Shown: positions 47,252 to 60,190 of the stretch, piece by piece | Layout: each line of letters begins with the position of its first letter | How positions within the stretch are numbered: the stretch's first letter is position 1 | Source: Octopus vulgaris | Lineage: Eukaryota | Length of the DNA: 64,000 nucleotides | Reading direction: 5' to 3' | Assembly (NCBI GenBank): GCA_951406725.2 | Contig: OX597826.1 | Location: 54,436,001 to 54,500,000 of the forward strand | Notes under the pieces: generated by a model | Databases searched by the model: none | Seen by the model: the letters and a program-made list of their open reading frames with translations, nothing else | What the model was told of the DNA's origin: nothing | Program-made: the position numbers and the translations under genes

Positions 47252-47535
47252 TTTAAATATATGCCCACGGGCATATGGCGTAGTGGTTAAGAGCGCGGGT
47301 TACTAGCCCCAAGATTCCGAGTTCGATTCCAAACAGTGACCTGAACAATAACAATAATAATAATGCTAATAATAATAATAACATCGAAAAATACTTTAGG
47401 AATGAGAACACAGGTTCGAAATTTTCCCCAAGACACCTGAAGAAAGCTGGAGGGTATATCAGCCGAAACGTTGTGTTAACAACAAACAAGATGAGAACAA
47501 ATATCCGTCGGATGTAAATAATGTAAATAATATAA
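47252..47535 (+). mobile_element. tRNA-head/hammerhead element, copy 2, uninterrupted
   Basis: Palindrome ATATGCCC-AC-GGGCATAT, A box 47276-47286, B box GTTCGATTC 47321-47329, (AAT)n, HHR, (ATGTAAATA)2 tail; possible TSD AAACATAG (47244-47251 / 47536-47543). Confidence 0.85.
47431..47477 (+). ncRNA. Minimal hammerhead ribozyme motif (first stem II pair mismatched)
   Basis: AGACAC-CTGAAGA-A-AGCTG...CAGCC-GAAAC-GTT-GTGTT. Confidence 0.72.
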
Positions 47536-47752
47536 AAACATAGCTGTCGATAACGAATCAGTATATCTCAAGCCGTCAAGCCTTTGGTATAGTGACCAAG
47601 TATCTGAATTGTACAGTAAAGTTTGGCGCGCGATCAGTTTGTAAAAGTCCTCTTTGCTCTTTCGCTACATGTAATGAATGCGCTACAAAGAGCATTCTTA
47701 GTTTCCCTGGCGAGTTTTAGTAAAAGATACTAATAACCCTTCACCATGATAT

Positions 47753-48172
47753 TACTCTTTTACTCTTTTACTCTTTTACTTGTTTCAGTCATTTGACTGT
47801 GGCCATGCTGGAGCACCGCCTTTAGTCGAGCAAATCGACCCCAGGACTTATTGTTTGTAAGCCTAGTACTTATTCTATCGTCTTTTTTGCCGAACTGCTA
47901 AGTTACGGGGATGTAAACACACCAGCATCGGTTGTCAAGTGATTTGGGGGACAAACACAGACACACAAGCATATACACACACATACATACATACATAGAT
48001 ACATATATATATATTTATACATACGATGGGCTTCTTTCAGTTTCCGTCTACCAAATCCACTCACAAGGCTTTGGTCGGCCCAAAGCTATAGTAGAAGACA
48101 CTTGCCCAAGGTGCTACGCAGTGGGACTGAATCCGGAACCATGCGGTTGGTAAGCAAGCTACTTACCACACC
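47753..48172 (-). mobile_element. SINE family B, near full length
   Basis: Reverse complement of the 51740 copy, with central microsatellite and (GTAAAAGA)n tail. Confidence 0.92.
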
Positions 48173-49131
48173 AGGATGTGTGATCAACCTTTTTTGCTAT
48201 TATGGACTGGCTTATCAATAAGCACAGACGGTGATGTGGTTAGTGTGGAAGCATATCATAGTTGGCATGGCAACTGTGAAGTTCAAGAATCTAGCAACAG
48301 CGGTGAAGACATCAATGATACAATGATTACCTGTCAACATATTTTATTTTTCACACTCGGTAGTAAATCGGTTACCGCTATTCCGTTGTTCCAAGATTTT
48401 AATGTGATCCTCTGAGGAAGAAAGAAGCCGTTGCAGAGTCGGAATTGGAAAATCACACTGTTGTAAAGGTTACAAAATACGGACTGATGTATAGGGTATG
48501 TCGCTCATTATAACCCATTAAAACCTAGAGTACTTAAATTTCTGAATATTACACATTATATGGTTTGGGTCGGTGAGAGATGATAGCAGCTGGGACTTAG
48601 TGGAGTCTTTGTTACCTCTCTTCTCCTGTACAGATTACATCATTTGGCTGCGGCCATGCTGGAACATGACCTTCAAGCGTTTTAATCGATTATATTAATT
48701 CAGACGCCATAGTATTTTATCTAATCGAGATCGGATAAAGGATATGCAAAATGGACATTAGCAGGATTCGAACTCAGAATGTAAAGATCTGTAATTTAAT
48801 GGTTTCCGATTTTGGCACGAGGCTACCAAGTTCGCGGGTAGGGGTAAAGACGAATATAACGACCCCAGTCCTCAACTAGAACATCGTCCGGGCAGGGACT
48901 CACGAGGACGTCAAAGCATTTTCGTTCTTTTTGATTCTTGTGAATGGTGTGTACCCAGTCGTCATATATTTAGACGAATATTTCCCCTCTCATATACAGC
49001 GAACAATGAATAACATATTCATCTCCAAGATAAGAATAAAAGGCGAAGTCGACCTCGGCGGAATTTGAACTTAGAACATAAAGACACGCGAAATACCGCT
49101 AAGCATTTTTGCGCAGCGTACTAACTATCCT

Positions 49132-49395
49132 GTGGAGGCGCGTGGCTTAGTGGTAAGGGTGTCAGCACCATGATCGTAAGATTGTGGTTTCGATTCCTGG
49201 ACCGGGCGACGCGTTGTGTTCTTGAGCAAAGCACTTCATTTCACGTTCCTCCAGTCCACTTAGTTGGCAAAAATGAGTAACGCTGCGATGGACTGGCGTC
49301 CCGTCCAGCTGGGGAACACATACGCCATAGAAACCTGGAAACCTGGCCCATGAGCCTGGCTAGGCTTTAAAAGGGGGCATTTCCTTATTTTTTTT
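49132..49395 (+). mobile_element. SINE family E (tRNA head, CORE-like and V-like domains) nested in a family A copy
   Basis: A box TGGCTTAGTGG; GTGTTCTTGAGCAAAGCACTT; GCGATGGACTGGCGTCCCGTCCAG; TSD ACTAACTATCCT / ACTAACCATCCT. Confidence 0.85.
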
Positions 49396-49600
49396 ACTAA
49401 CCATCCTACCAGCTCACTAACCATCCTACCAGCGGTAGCTTAATATTACAAGATAGTTTATCGGACAATCTATTGATCTTCCAATCCACCACAACTACCA
49501 TTATACAATTCTATTTGGTTGCATACTTAATCTATTGACGGACAGTTTCGTGGGACAAAACATAAAGAGAAACACTGTGGTATATGTGGACAAGCAACAA

Positions 49601-49831
49601 GGCGGCGTGCTGGCAGAAACGTTAGCACGCCGGGCGAAATGCGTAGCCGTATTTCGTCTGCCGTTACGTTCTGAGTTCAAATTCCGCCGAGGTCGACTTT
49701 GCCTTTCATCCTTTCGGGGTCGATTAAATAAGTACCAGTTACGCACTGGGGTCGATGTAATCGACTTAATCCGTTTGTCTGTCCTTGTTTGTCCCCTCTG
49801 TGTTTAGCCCCTTGTGGGTAGAAAAGAAATA
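49601..49831 (+). mobile_element. SINE family A with about 20-bp TSD
   Basis: TSD GGTATATGTGGACAAGCAAC (49579-49598) vs GGTATATGTGGACGAGCGAC (49832-49851). Confidence 0.92.
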
Positions 49832-50200
49832 GGTATATGTGGACGAGCGACCAACGTTGGGCATGACATATTTTGGAAAGACCTTTACTGCAGAGTGCTT
49901 TATATAGACAGCTACTTGGTTGTGGTTTTAACTTATATAAAAGCAACAACATCAGTCAATTTCTTCAATATTAGTCTCTGTTGTAAATGATTGATGATAC
50001 TAATGTCCACAGAACAGCTTATATTAAATACATCATTGGATTATTCAATCCAGACTCAAAACGGTCTTTATACTGTCTTGTAACAACAAACCGCCTGATG
50101 TCGATGCTAGAAATATGCTAATAAATATGGAATCAAATGTCTTGGAACAAAATCTTCTGTAATGAGTATCAGTTGTTCATGGAACCTCACAGACGTGTAC

Positions 50201-50287
<87 letters not shown>

Positions 50288-50426
50288 GTACATACAGACA
50301 CATACACAGAAATGAGAGAGAAAGAGACACACAGATACAGAGTATTATTCGATTCTCTATCTGAAGAAATTCTATGAAAGATATCTTTTACATGTTTATC
50401 TAACATGCAAAACTTTGTAATTCCTA

Positions 50427-50458
<32 letters not shown>

Positions 50459-50459
50459 G

Positions 50460-50514
<55 letters not shown>

Positions 50515-50564
50515 ATATATATATATATAAATATATATATCACAAGTGTGTAAGTATGAGTGTA

Positions 50565-51025
50565 TAACCCACGACTTCATGTGATGCTCTTCCTGTCGAA
50601 AAGCGGGGATCATCATAAGCTTTTCGGTGAATTTGCTTTGTCTGGCCTCTTCAGTCAGCGAAAAACAGATACTGGGCACATGCAAGTTAATGCATAAGCA
50701 TTCTGGGGGTATTTCATATGTTTCTGTAGCGTTTTTTGCCCAGTTTAACACAAAACCTTATTGTATAGCGATCTTCCAAATTGTCTTAACGTCCCGATTG
50801 TATTCAATCAAACAGTCAGCTGTGACAAGCTGTGTTCGGTAGTGTATATTCAAAGTGCTGTAACAGCCATCTCCTTCAGACTGGAATAACAAAAGTCGAC
50901 AGGTCATCTTATTAGATGTACAAAAACTGCATAGAAAAGAAGTATATACAAAAATTACAATAATGCAGGACAATCATAACTGGCTTTCCTAACAATGTCT
51001 CAAAACTTCTGGAACGCACCTCATA
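50565..51025 (-). mobile_element. Mariner transposon fragment with internal deletion
   Basis: TIR-like TA-TGAGGTGCGTTCCAGAAGTTTTGAGAC; LEDRYTIRFCVKLGK/NATETYE N-terminus joined to ARQSKFTEKLMMIP. Confidence 0.8.
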
Positions 51026-51739
51026 TACGATATGACCAAGAAACTTGTATTAGCAATTTGAACTAGCGATCCTTTTACGCCAGCAGGGAGGACGTCCATT
51101 CTAATTACTATCACTCACTCAGCTGTGACTGTGTGCAATGTATTTATAATGCAGTTAAATTACTCTGTGTTTTGGCTGATTACCAGTAAACGGCTAATTA
51201 GCTGTAGCTTGTATAATTAACACAAGCGAATGGTAGATTTAGTATACTAATTATCTTAGTGTACTAATGACTTCTCCTCACGGCTTTTTAAATGCACAAC
51301 CATTTTCCGGTGAGAAGAAACAGTGTTAAGTGTTCCGAAAACTGTAAATATAATCTATGTATTTTTAGTTCTGCAATAAAAGTAAATTTGAATGCGAAGT
51401 GTGAAGGTGCCAAATGCACTTAGAATGGTAAATTCTTGTTTGTCGCAATACAATTATATCTCGACTTCCCATAGACGATATGAATGATTTACAAAAAAAA
51501 AAAAAAAAAAAATCAATCAATCGTTGTGTGATAAATACCGTGTCTTCGATATCATAACAAACATTGTTTCTAGAATGGTTCAAGGTAGTGACGCTATCGT
51601 CTCCTCTCAAACCACACATGAGCACACATACACGCACACACATACATACACACACACACACACACACACGCACTCATACATATCTACATACACACTAATT
51701 ATGTGTGTGAGTTTAAAAGTATTTCTCTCTCACCTAATA

Positions 51740-52194
51740 GGCGTAGGAGTGGCTGTGTGGTAAGTCGCTTGCTTACGAACCACATGGTTCCGGGTTCAGA
51801 CCCATACCGTGGCACCCTGGGCAAGTGTCTTCTACTATAGCCTCGGGCCGACCAAAGCCTTGTGAGTGGATTTGGTAGACGAAAACTGAAATACGCCCGT
51901 CGTATATATATGTGTGTGTATATATACATATATATATATATGTGTGTGTATGTCTGTGTGTGTGTGTGTGTATACGTTTGTGTGTCTGTGTTTATCTCCC
52001 GACATCGCTTGACAACCAATGCTGGTGTGTTTACGACCCCGTAACCTAGCGTTTCGGCAAAAGAAACTGATAGAATAACTACTAGGCTTACAAAGAAAGA
52101 GTCCTGAAGTCAATTTGCTCGACTAAAGACGGTGCAACAGCATGGTCACAGTCAAAGGACTAAAACAAGTAAAAGATTAAAAGAGTAAAAAAGT
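51740..52194 (+). mobile_element. SINE family B, full length (tRNA head, CORE-like, microsatellite, LINE tail)
   Basis: TGGCTGTGTGG A box, GGTTCAGACC B-box-like, GGCACCCTGGGCAAGTG CORE-like, tail CAGCATGG..AAACAAGTAAAAGA. Confidence 0.92.
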
Positions 52195-52217
52195 ATGTAT
52201 ACATACTTGCATACGCG

Positions 52218-52440
52218 AAGTTCTGAGTTCGATTCCAGGACAACGCTGTATTGCGACGTCACTGGCGCCAAGCTGTACCGGCCCTTGCCCTTCGCTTGGA
52301 TAACATGGGAAGTGTAGAGAGAGGAGTGTGGTATGCATGGGCGACTGCTGGTCTTCTATAAACAACCTTACTCAGACTTATGCCTCGGAGGGGAATTTTC
52401 TAGGTGTAATTCTATGGTCATTCTTGGCGGGAGTGGATAA
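52218..52440 (+). mobile_element. SINE family D, diverged
   Basis: ATGCATGGGCGACTGCTG.TCTTC.ATAAACAA shared with the 12615-12933 copy. Confidence 0.75.
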
Positions 52441-52814
52441 TTACCTCTTATATATATATTTAAAATAATCAATAACGACAGACGCAATATTGATACGAAA
52501 AGATAATATTTATCAGCATTTAAAAGTGGATGTTGTGTTGGAACACAGAATACTGCGATAGTTACCTTGAGAGCTCTCATGTGGAATTGTAGTGCATATA
52601 AACATTTGTATATCTCCCGCTAGCGATATAAACACTAGTGCTTATATGCACCACATATCCATATGATAGGTTCTCTAACAGTAAATATACTATATAACCA
52701 TTTGCGTTTCATTTTTAACCTACATAAACGATGGAAAGACACGATACTGTGGTTTTTGCCTGAGAGAAAATCTCTTCTTAGACATGTTATGATAGAAAAG
52801 AAATATATTCTCTT

Positions 52815-53172
52815 CTGCTCTAGGCACAGGGCCCGAAATTTTTGGAGAGGGGTCCAGTCGATTAGATCGACCCTAGTATGCAACTGGTACTTAATTTATC
52901 GACCCCGAAAGGATGAAAGGCAAAGTTGACCTCGGCGGATTTTGAACTCAGAACGTAAAGACAGACGAAATATCTATTTCTTTACTACCCACAAGGAGCT
53001 AAACACAGAGAGGACAAACAAGGACAGACATACGGATTAAGTCTATTATATCGATTCATGTGCGTAAGGCAAAGTCGACCTCGGTGGAATTTGAACTCAG
53101 AACGTAGCGGCAGACGAAATACCGCTAAGCATTTCGCCTGGCTTGCAGATTTTTCTGCCAGCTTGTCGCCTT
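52815..53172 (-). mobile_element. SINE family A, dimeric long form
   Basis: Head, partly deleted core, spacer, second core, tail TGTGCCTAGAG. Confidence 0.88.
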
Positions 53173-53972
53173 AAAAACTCAATAATCCTGGTAGTGACTC
53201 ACGAGATCGTCAAAGCAGTTTCGGCCTTTCTGTTCCTTGTCAATGACGTGTACCCAGTTGCCATATACTTAGACGAAATTTGTCCCCTCCGATATATATT
53301 GAGCAATGAATAACATACTCATGTTTAGGAAGATATTTTCTCTCAGACAAAGATCAAAGCCTTTTATTTATGTATATTTGTTACGCATAACACACAGATA
53401 ACACACAGCGAACTGTTTTGATTTATTGCGTATTTCGAATTTATTTCAACTCGGCAACCTTTCTGAAATATCAGTGAATGTATTGTTCACTATTGCCTAC
53501 ATATCGGAGGGGACGAATTACCAGATGTCATTGAAAAGGGCCCCAAAAGCCTGAACGCGTCTGACGTTCTCATGAATCACTGTAGGGACAATGTACGCTT
53601 CGCTTGGATATATGTTGCGTTTCTATGTCTAAAAAGAGATTTCTCTCGCAGAAAGCAGAAAGAAAAAAAATCACAGTATTATGTCTTTTAATGGTGTATT
53701 TATTTGAAGTATTGTACAAAGCAGGATTGTATTTCTATTTCAGTTGTATACACCGGGGACACACACACACATATACACACACGAACATATATCTGAATAT
53801 ATGTACATGCATATATATAGGTGTATACTTTCATATGAATGTGTCTACTGATGTAAATATATTATTATACACACACTCTCACACATGCATTATATTCATA
53901 TGCGTGTGCGTGAATATATGTACACATCTATGTCTGTTTATCTATCTATGTATCTATGTATCTATGTATCTG

Positions 53973-54023
<51 letters not shown>

Positions 54024-55344
54024 CTGTATGTATGTATATACATACATGCATGCATACATACGTACATACGTACACACACACACACGCACACACACACACA
54101 CACATATGTTTATATATATTCATACATTCAGGAAGCCAACGTTGTAAATAAACAAGAAGAATCGTACTAACAAAACAATTTTTTTTTGTTGGAAGTCTGG
54201 TGTGAGTTTAAGTGGTTTTATGAAAGCAAAAAATAAGCAAATAACTAAACTACAAACAAACTAGTAATCACTCCCTAAACTATTTCTCAGTGAAATATTT
54301 CGGACGTGAATGCCTAAATTGTACAAGCTAAAATACATTTAAACAAATATAAGCATTGAGTTGAGATGTGTCGTTGACTTTACATTACATGAGAAAATGA
54401 TAAATATGGCCGCCAGCAATGTATCTCTCTTAGTTTACGTTGGTTTGTCAAAACAAAATGGAGATTACAATGTGTAATGGTGTATGCAAATTCCCTTAGA
54501 GATTTGAAGGAAAAATACTAAGAAAAAACAAATAAATTAAAATGATAAAAAATAGAGAGTTTTCTTCATATTATAGTTAAAATATACCTTCAGTCCTGAA
54601 ATAAAAACAAAAGTAGAGAAAAATACGGCAAAAAAGAAATATAGTTTGTTCCCATTATCTTGCATCTAAAAGTCATTTCTCTTCTGTTTCGTAACGTCTG
54701 TGTTTTAATGGCTTCTTATCTACTGATAAATAGATTTCTGAGTTATTTTGACTTTATCAAAATTGTGAACCTCCACTACTACAAATCAACACGGACCATC
54801 GAAAGTTGTCGCTTTTTGTATTTGATCGACCAGCTAGAAATAGTTGCTAAATCTACCTCGAATTACTTCTTACTGTTTAAAAAAGAAATTGGGTATTGGA
54901 TAACGTAGTATTGAATATATATATATATACAGAAAAAAGGCAAAACAAAAACAAAAAAGCAACGAAAATATAGAAAAAAAAAATGTGGTGGTTATGAGTA
55001 GAATTTCTTTGGTGAAATGTCTACTACATGGATGTTGATTTAAGGGACAATAACAATACAGGCAACAATATCAAACAAGCAAGATACGAGATAAAAAGTC
55101 CTCTACAGAGTCATGCGATCCGTTATAATTCGCAATGAAATCTCCAAATCTTATCCCATTGACTTAACAACAGATTAACAAATCTGATAACAACAGATAG
55201 ACTAATCCTGACTATAATACAGTGGATATCCAGAATATCAAGTTGACAGGGATTTCACGTTAAATTTGATTCCAATCTGAATATAGAGGCATACAATCAG
55301 CAAATGCTTAGTTGTTATTCTTTAAAAATGCTTGAAAATAATTC

Positions 55345-55800
55345 TTTCATTTTGGCATAAGGCCAGCAATTTTGAAAAGAGGAGCATATCGATTACATCT
55401 GTTTCAGCACTTGATTGCGTTTTTAATCTATGGAAAGACAAAGTCGACTTCGGTGGAATTCGAACTCGGAACGTAAACAGTCGAAAGAAGTGCTTCTAAG
55501 CATTTTGTCCGACGTGCAAACCATTCTACCCGCTCGCTTCTTTAAAACTGCTTTGAAATAATTATTACAAAATTTGGCACACGACAAGCAATTTTAGCAA
55601 TTTTCTCAATTTTAGGGGTAGTAGGAAATTCGATTACATTGATCTCAGTATCTGACTGGTGTTTTATTTTCTGGTCCCCTATAAGGTGAAAAGCAAAGAC
55701 AACCTTAGCGAAATATGAACTCAGAACGTAAAGAACCTTGAAGAAATGTTATCTAGCATTTCATCCGATGCGCTAAACATTCAATCATCTCGTCTCCTTA
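55345..55800 (-). mobile_element. Two old SINE family A-related copies in tandem
   Basis: AAAGTCGACTTCGGTGGAATTCGAACTC and GAACTCAGAACGTAAAG. Confidence 0.65.
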
Positions 55801-56003
55801 AAAGTATATTCAACTTAAAATGTTATTTCAGCATTTAATATAAGAAAGAAGACGGTGATAAGGATACGTCAGATGGTATAGGTTAGAAATGCAAAATAAA
55901 AAGCGGAACGACCCCAAAAAGGTCTAGACTCCAGAGGAAAGATTCTGAAAAAATGACCCCTCCCCGCCAAACTATAAAAGAACTAAAAAGTAAAACGTTT
56001 TCC

Positions 56004-56166
56004 AGGCGTAGGTATGTGGTAAGAAGCTGGCTTCCAAATGATATGGTTCTGGGTTCAGTCCCACTGCAAGACACCTTGGTCAAGTGTCTTTCATTATAGC
56101 CTCGAGCCTCGGGCCGACTAAAGCCTTGTGATTGGATTTGGTAGACAGAAACTGAAAGAAGCACAC

Positions 56167-56206
<40 letters not shown>

Positions 56207-56398
56207 TGTGTTTGTCCCCACAGCATCGCTTGAAAACCGATGTTGGTGTGTTTACGTCCTCGGCAAAAGAGAACGATAGAATAAGTACTAGGCTTACAAA
56301 GAATAAGTTCTGGTGTCGATTCGTTCGATTAAAGGCGGTGCTCCAGCATGGCCGCAGTCAAATAAATGACTGAAACAAGTAAAAGAATAAAAGAATAA
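56004..56398 (+). mobile_element. SINE family B, full length
   Basis: Aligns with the 51740 copy; tail GGCGGTGCTCCAGCATGGCCGCAGTC..GAAACAAGTAAAAGA. Confidence 0.9.
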
Positions 56399-57127
56399 AT
56401 TGATCACAGGAATACTTCAGACTTCACCATTTACAAGACTTCTCCAATAAATACATGATTTCTTAGATATATCAATGACATCGGAAACAAAACAAAGCAA
56501 GCAAAATCAAAAATCCCAAAGAAGAGGAAGTTGCGCTATCTCCCTTCTTAACATCATAGCCGTCTTACATGTCACACGTAATAATAAACCTTCTGAACAT
56601 AACACGTTTGCAAAATGCAAATGTACAACTACAACAAACAAAACTACCCCTTCTCGGAACTAAGAGAAGACGAGAACAAAAAAACCAAGACAAAATCGAG
56701 GTAAAACGAGAAAAAGTTTAGATAGGGAAAGGGAGACTTTGTTCCCTTTGATCTGTTACAAGAATACTGGTAATAGTTTATATATGATTTTAAAAAGGCT
56801 GGTGGGGCTTAATCGCAGAAGAAAAGCAAAGGTTTGTAAGACGATACGCTTAATAATTAGAGGGTTGCCTCAACCAGTTCGACAGCAAAAACTTGTCATG
56901 ATGCTTGCATCTTGTTTAAATTCCGATCTTAAAATGAGTGGGTCGGCAGAGTTCTTAGATTTACACAGCCAGCACCTACTTGACTCATTAATGTTTGGTG
57001 AGGTACTTGTCCAATGCTCCACCTGATGACGTTCGACATTTTTGGCTTTTAATTTCCGGAAGTGGGAAGCAAGCTTAGTGATTTTCTTTTCTACGTGCCA
57101 GAAAGAAGATTGGTGGTTGACCGATCA

Positions 57128-57260
57128 TTTTTTAAGTGACTTTCACATAACCTAATATATATACTTTCCTGATCAGTTTCGTCATGTGGCAAAACAGAAG
57201 TGACCTTAGCTTCGTATACAACTGAAATAGCCACTGATTACGTGAAAGTGACTTAAAAAA
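57128..57260. mobile_element. Small MITE-like element with 23-bp terminal inverted repeats
   Basis: TTTTTTAAGTGACTTTCACATAA / TTACGTGAAAGTGACTTAAAAAA (21/23). Confidence 0.55.
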
Positions 57261-57429
57261 AGAAATACACCTAACACTCGATGTATTTGATCTTGCTGTA
57301 TGTCTTATGGACTTTTACGTAAAGAGTTCAAATATCGTGAAAGTTAATAACGCCTTTCATCTCTCCAGTATCGATGAAATAAAATACCAGTGAAATACCA
57401 GCCAAACTTGATGATCTGGTACCTAAATC

Positions 57430-57635
57430 AGAAATCAGAATAGTTGGCGCGTCGGACAAAAATGCCTATTGGCGTTTCTGCTAATTCTTTACGTTCTGAG
57501 TTCAAAGTCCGCCGATGTCGACTTTGCCTTTTTAATCCTTTCGAAGTCAATAAATAATGTACCAGTTGAATACTGGTGTCAACGAAATCGACTATCCTGT
57601 CATCTGAAATTGCTACCCTTGAGCCAAAATCTGAA
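57430..57635 (+). mobile_element. SINE family A-related, diverged
   Basis: TACGTTCTGAGTTCAAA..GTCGACTTTGCCTTT core. Confidence 0.7.
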
Positions 57636-57657
57636 AACAACAAAAACCAACAACAGC

Positions 57658-57734
<77 letters not shown>

Positions 57735-57936
57735 ATAGCTGTACAAATAGTAATGGCAGTAGTTGTGTTGGTAGCCTAATGTCACTGATTATCAAAGCGA
57801 AAATAAAAATAAAAATAAAACCATTATTATCTTTTTTTGTTGCTCTTTATTTTGCTTTTGTTGTTTAGTCCGTTTCATCAGAGATGGCTGCAGTCCATTT
57901 CGCAAAGCAAAAACACTGAAACATAACCTTATACTA

Positions 57937-57991
<55 letters not shown>

Positions 57992-58010
57992 ATATATATA
58001 TGTAAATATT

Positions 58011-58050
<40 letters not shown>

Positions 58051-58240
58051 AATATATATGTATATATTGACAAAACAATGCCAAAAGCCATTCTCTTCCT
58101 TCTCTCTCTCTCTCTCTCTCGCTCTCTTTGACTCCTCTTTCCATCACTCTTTTTAACCAACAATTTATCCCCTCTCCCTACTCACCTATATAATGCTCTC
58201 TACAAAGAGATTGCTGTCTCATCAAACAACTTGACAACGA

Positions 58241-58295
<55 letters not shown>

Positions 58296-58306
58296 GCTAC
58301 TGCTAC

Positions 58307-58338
<32 letters not shown>

Positions 58339-59256
58339 ATGCTAATGCCGCAGTGTGTTGCTACTGCTGCTACTCGTATTAATTATAATAATGATAATAA
58401 TAGTTGTATTAGCAACTGCACTAGTAGTGCTAATATTAGTAGCATAAGTATTAATTTTAGTACTATTGGTAGGATAGTTGTGATAGTAGCAATGGTAGTT
58501 GAACCGCGGCAGTAAAATATAAATCAGTACTACAACAACAATAAAAACAACACAATGAACAGCAACAATAATGACCGCAATAAGAATCACATCAACAAAA
58601 ATAACAATAATAAAACATCAAAGCCATTAGTTTATCAATATACTTCTTACCTCAAATAGCGTTAAGAGCGAAAACATGGCTGACAATGTCAATATGACGG
58701 CAGGCAATCGGTCATTTAGGAGGCAGCAGTTATCTCCCTTGTTGTTAGCATGATGAACTTTTCACAGTCAACACACTTTTACTAATTTAACTTCCTTGTC
58801 TTTATAGCAATAAATTGGTACCGTGTGTTTGTTGCTGTTGTCTTCTTCTTCTTCTTCTTCTTCTTCTTCTTCTTCTTCTTCTTCTTCTTCTTCTTCTTCT
58901 CCTCCTCCTCCTCCTCCCCCTCCTTCTTCTTCTTCTTCTTCTTCTTCTTCTTCTTCTTCTCTTCCTTCTTCTTCCAGTCAGGACTCACGCCATTAGCTAC
59001 AAAGAATAATCTCTAATTCTAGCCTACTCTAAGCTACTAAGAATGCGTGTGGCAACTTGAAGATCCACCCACCACAAGCGATGGACTGGCGGTTTCACGG
59101 GCGCGAAAGCTACATCGTTATTCTCATTCCGTAAACGGTGGCTTTTAACGGGTGGAAAGCTGACCCATCCTAGGGTACAGAGGATTCGCAATCTAGACTA
59201 GAGTCTGGAAGTTTACTACACCATAGTGGGTTACACCATGGTTCCTCTACTTTGTG

Positions 59257-59424
59257 GCAGAAGTAGGAAGAAAGAGTGAGAGAAAGTTGTGGTCCACCCC
59301 CACCGCCGCCGGATCATAGGTGCTTTTGCTCAATAAACACTCATAATGCCCAGTCTTGGAATCAAAACTGCGTTCTTACGACCGCAAGTCCGCTGCCCTA
59401 ACCACTGGGCCATTGCGCCTCCAC
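59257..59424 (-). mobile_element. SINE family C, 5' part
   Basis: Minus strand GTGGAGGCGCAATGGCCCAGTGGTTAGGGCAGCGGAC. Confidence 0.85.
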
Positions 59425-59544
59425 TGTTGCTGTTGTTATTGTTGCTGTTGTTGAGGTTGATCCGTAGCGTGTGGCCCCTTGTCAGTAAATCTACAACGAA
59501 CGGATTACAATAGTGTCACTCTTAATTAGTTATTATTTTTGTGT

Positions 59545-60190
59545 GTTTTACTTGTTTCACTCATTACCCAGCGGCCATGCTGGGGCAACAGGTCAATAGG
59601 TTTCGTTGATCAACTTGACCCCGCGACTTATTTTAAGTCCAGTATACTGACGAACTATTTAAGTTACGGAGTCACAAGCAATGCTTTACCAGGTGATAAA
59701 AGTTAAGAAACAAATAAAAGACACATATGCGCACGCACGCAGACAGACACAGACACACACACACACACACACGTACAAACACTCATATGTATACGAGCTG
59801 GCTGAATCGTTAGCACGCCGGGCGAAATACGTAGGCGTATTTCGTCTGCCGTTACGTTCCGAGTTCAAATTCCGCCGAAGTCGATTTTTCCTTTCATCCA
59901 TTCGGGGTCGATAAATTAAGTACCAGTTACGCACTGGGGTCGATATAATCGACTTAATCCGTTTGTCTGTCCTTCTTTGTCCTCTCTGTGCTTAGCCCCT
60001 TGTGGGTAGTAAAGAAATACATATGTATACATATACAGATATGTACACAAACACGTGGACTTCCACGCAGTTCCCGTCCACCAAATTCATTTACAAGTCA
60101 TTGGTTGGTTCAAGGCTGTTGTAGAAGACGCGCAAGATTTTGAACCGGAAACAATATGGCTACAAAACGAACTCCCTAACATCACAACTA
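59545..60190 (-). mobile_element. Old SINE family B copy split by a family A insertion
   Basis: Tail-like 59545-59690 and head-like 60055-60190 flank the insertion. Confidence 0.65.
59795..60019 (+). mobile_element. SINE family A with 11-bp TSD
   Basis: CATATGTATAC at 59784-59794 and 60020-60030. Confidence 0.92.

Noticed and set aside
47269-47345. tRNA gene (also other A/B-box segments at 22427, 37741, 49132)
   Set aside because: No complete cloverleaf or acceptor stem; each continues into a multicopy SINE body
56739-57026. 95-aa non-repetitive ORF
   Set aside because: Non-ATG start, no recognisable domain, no convincing splice signals
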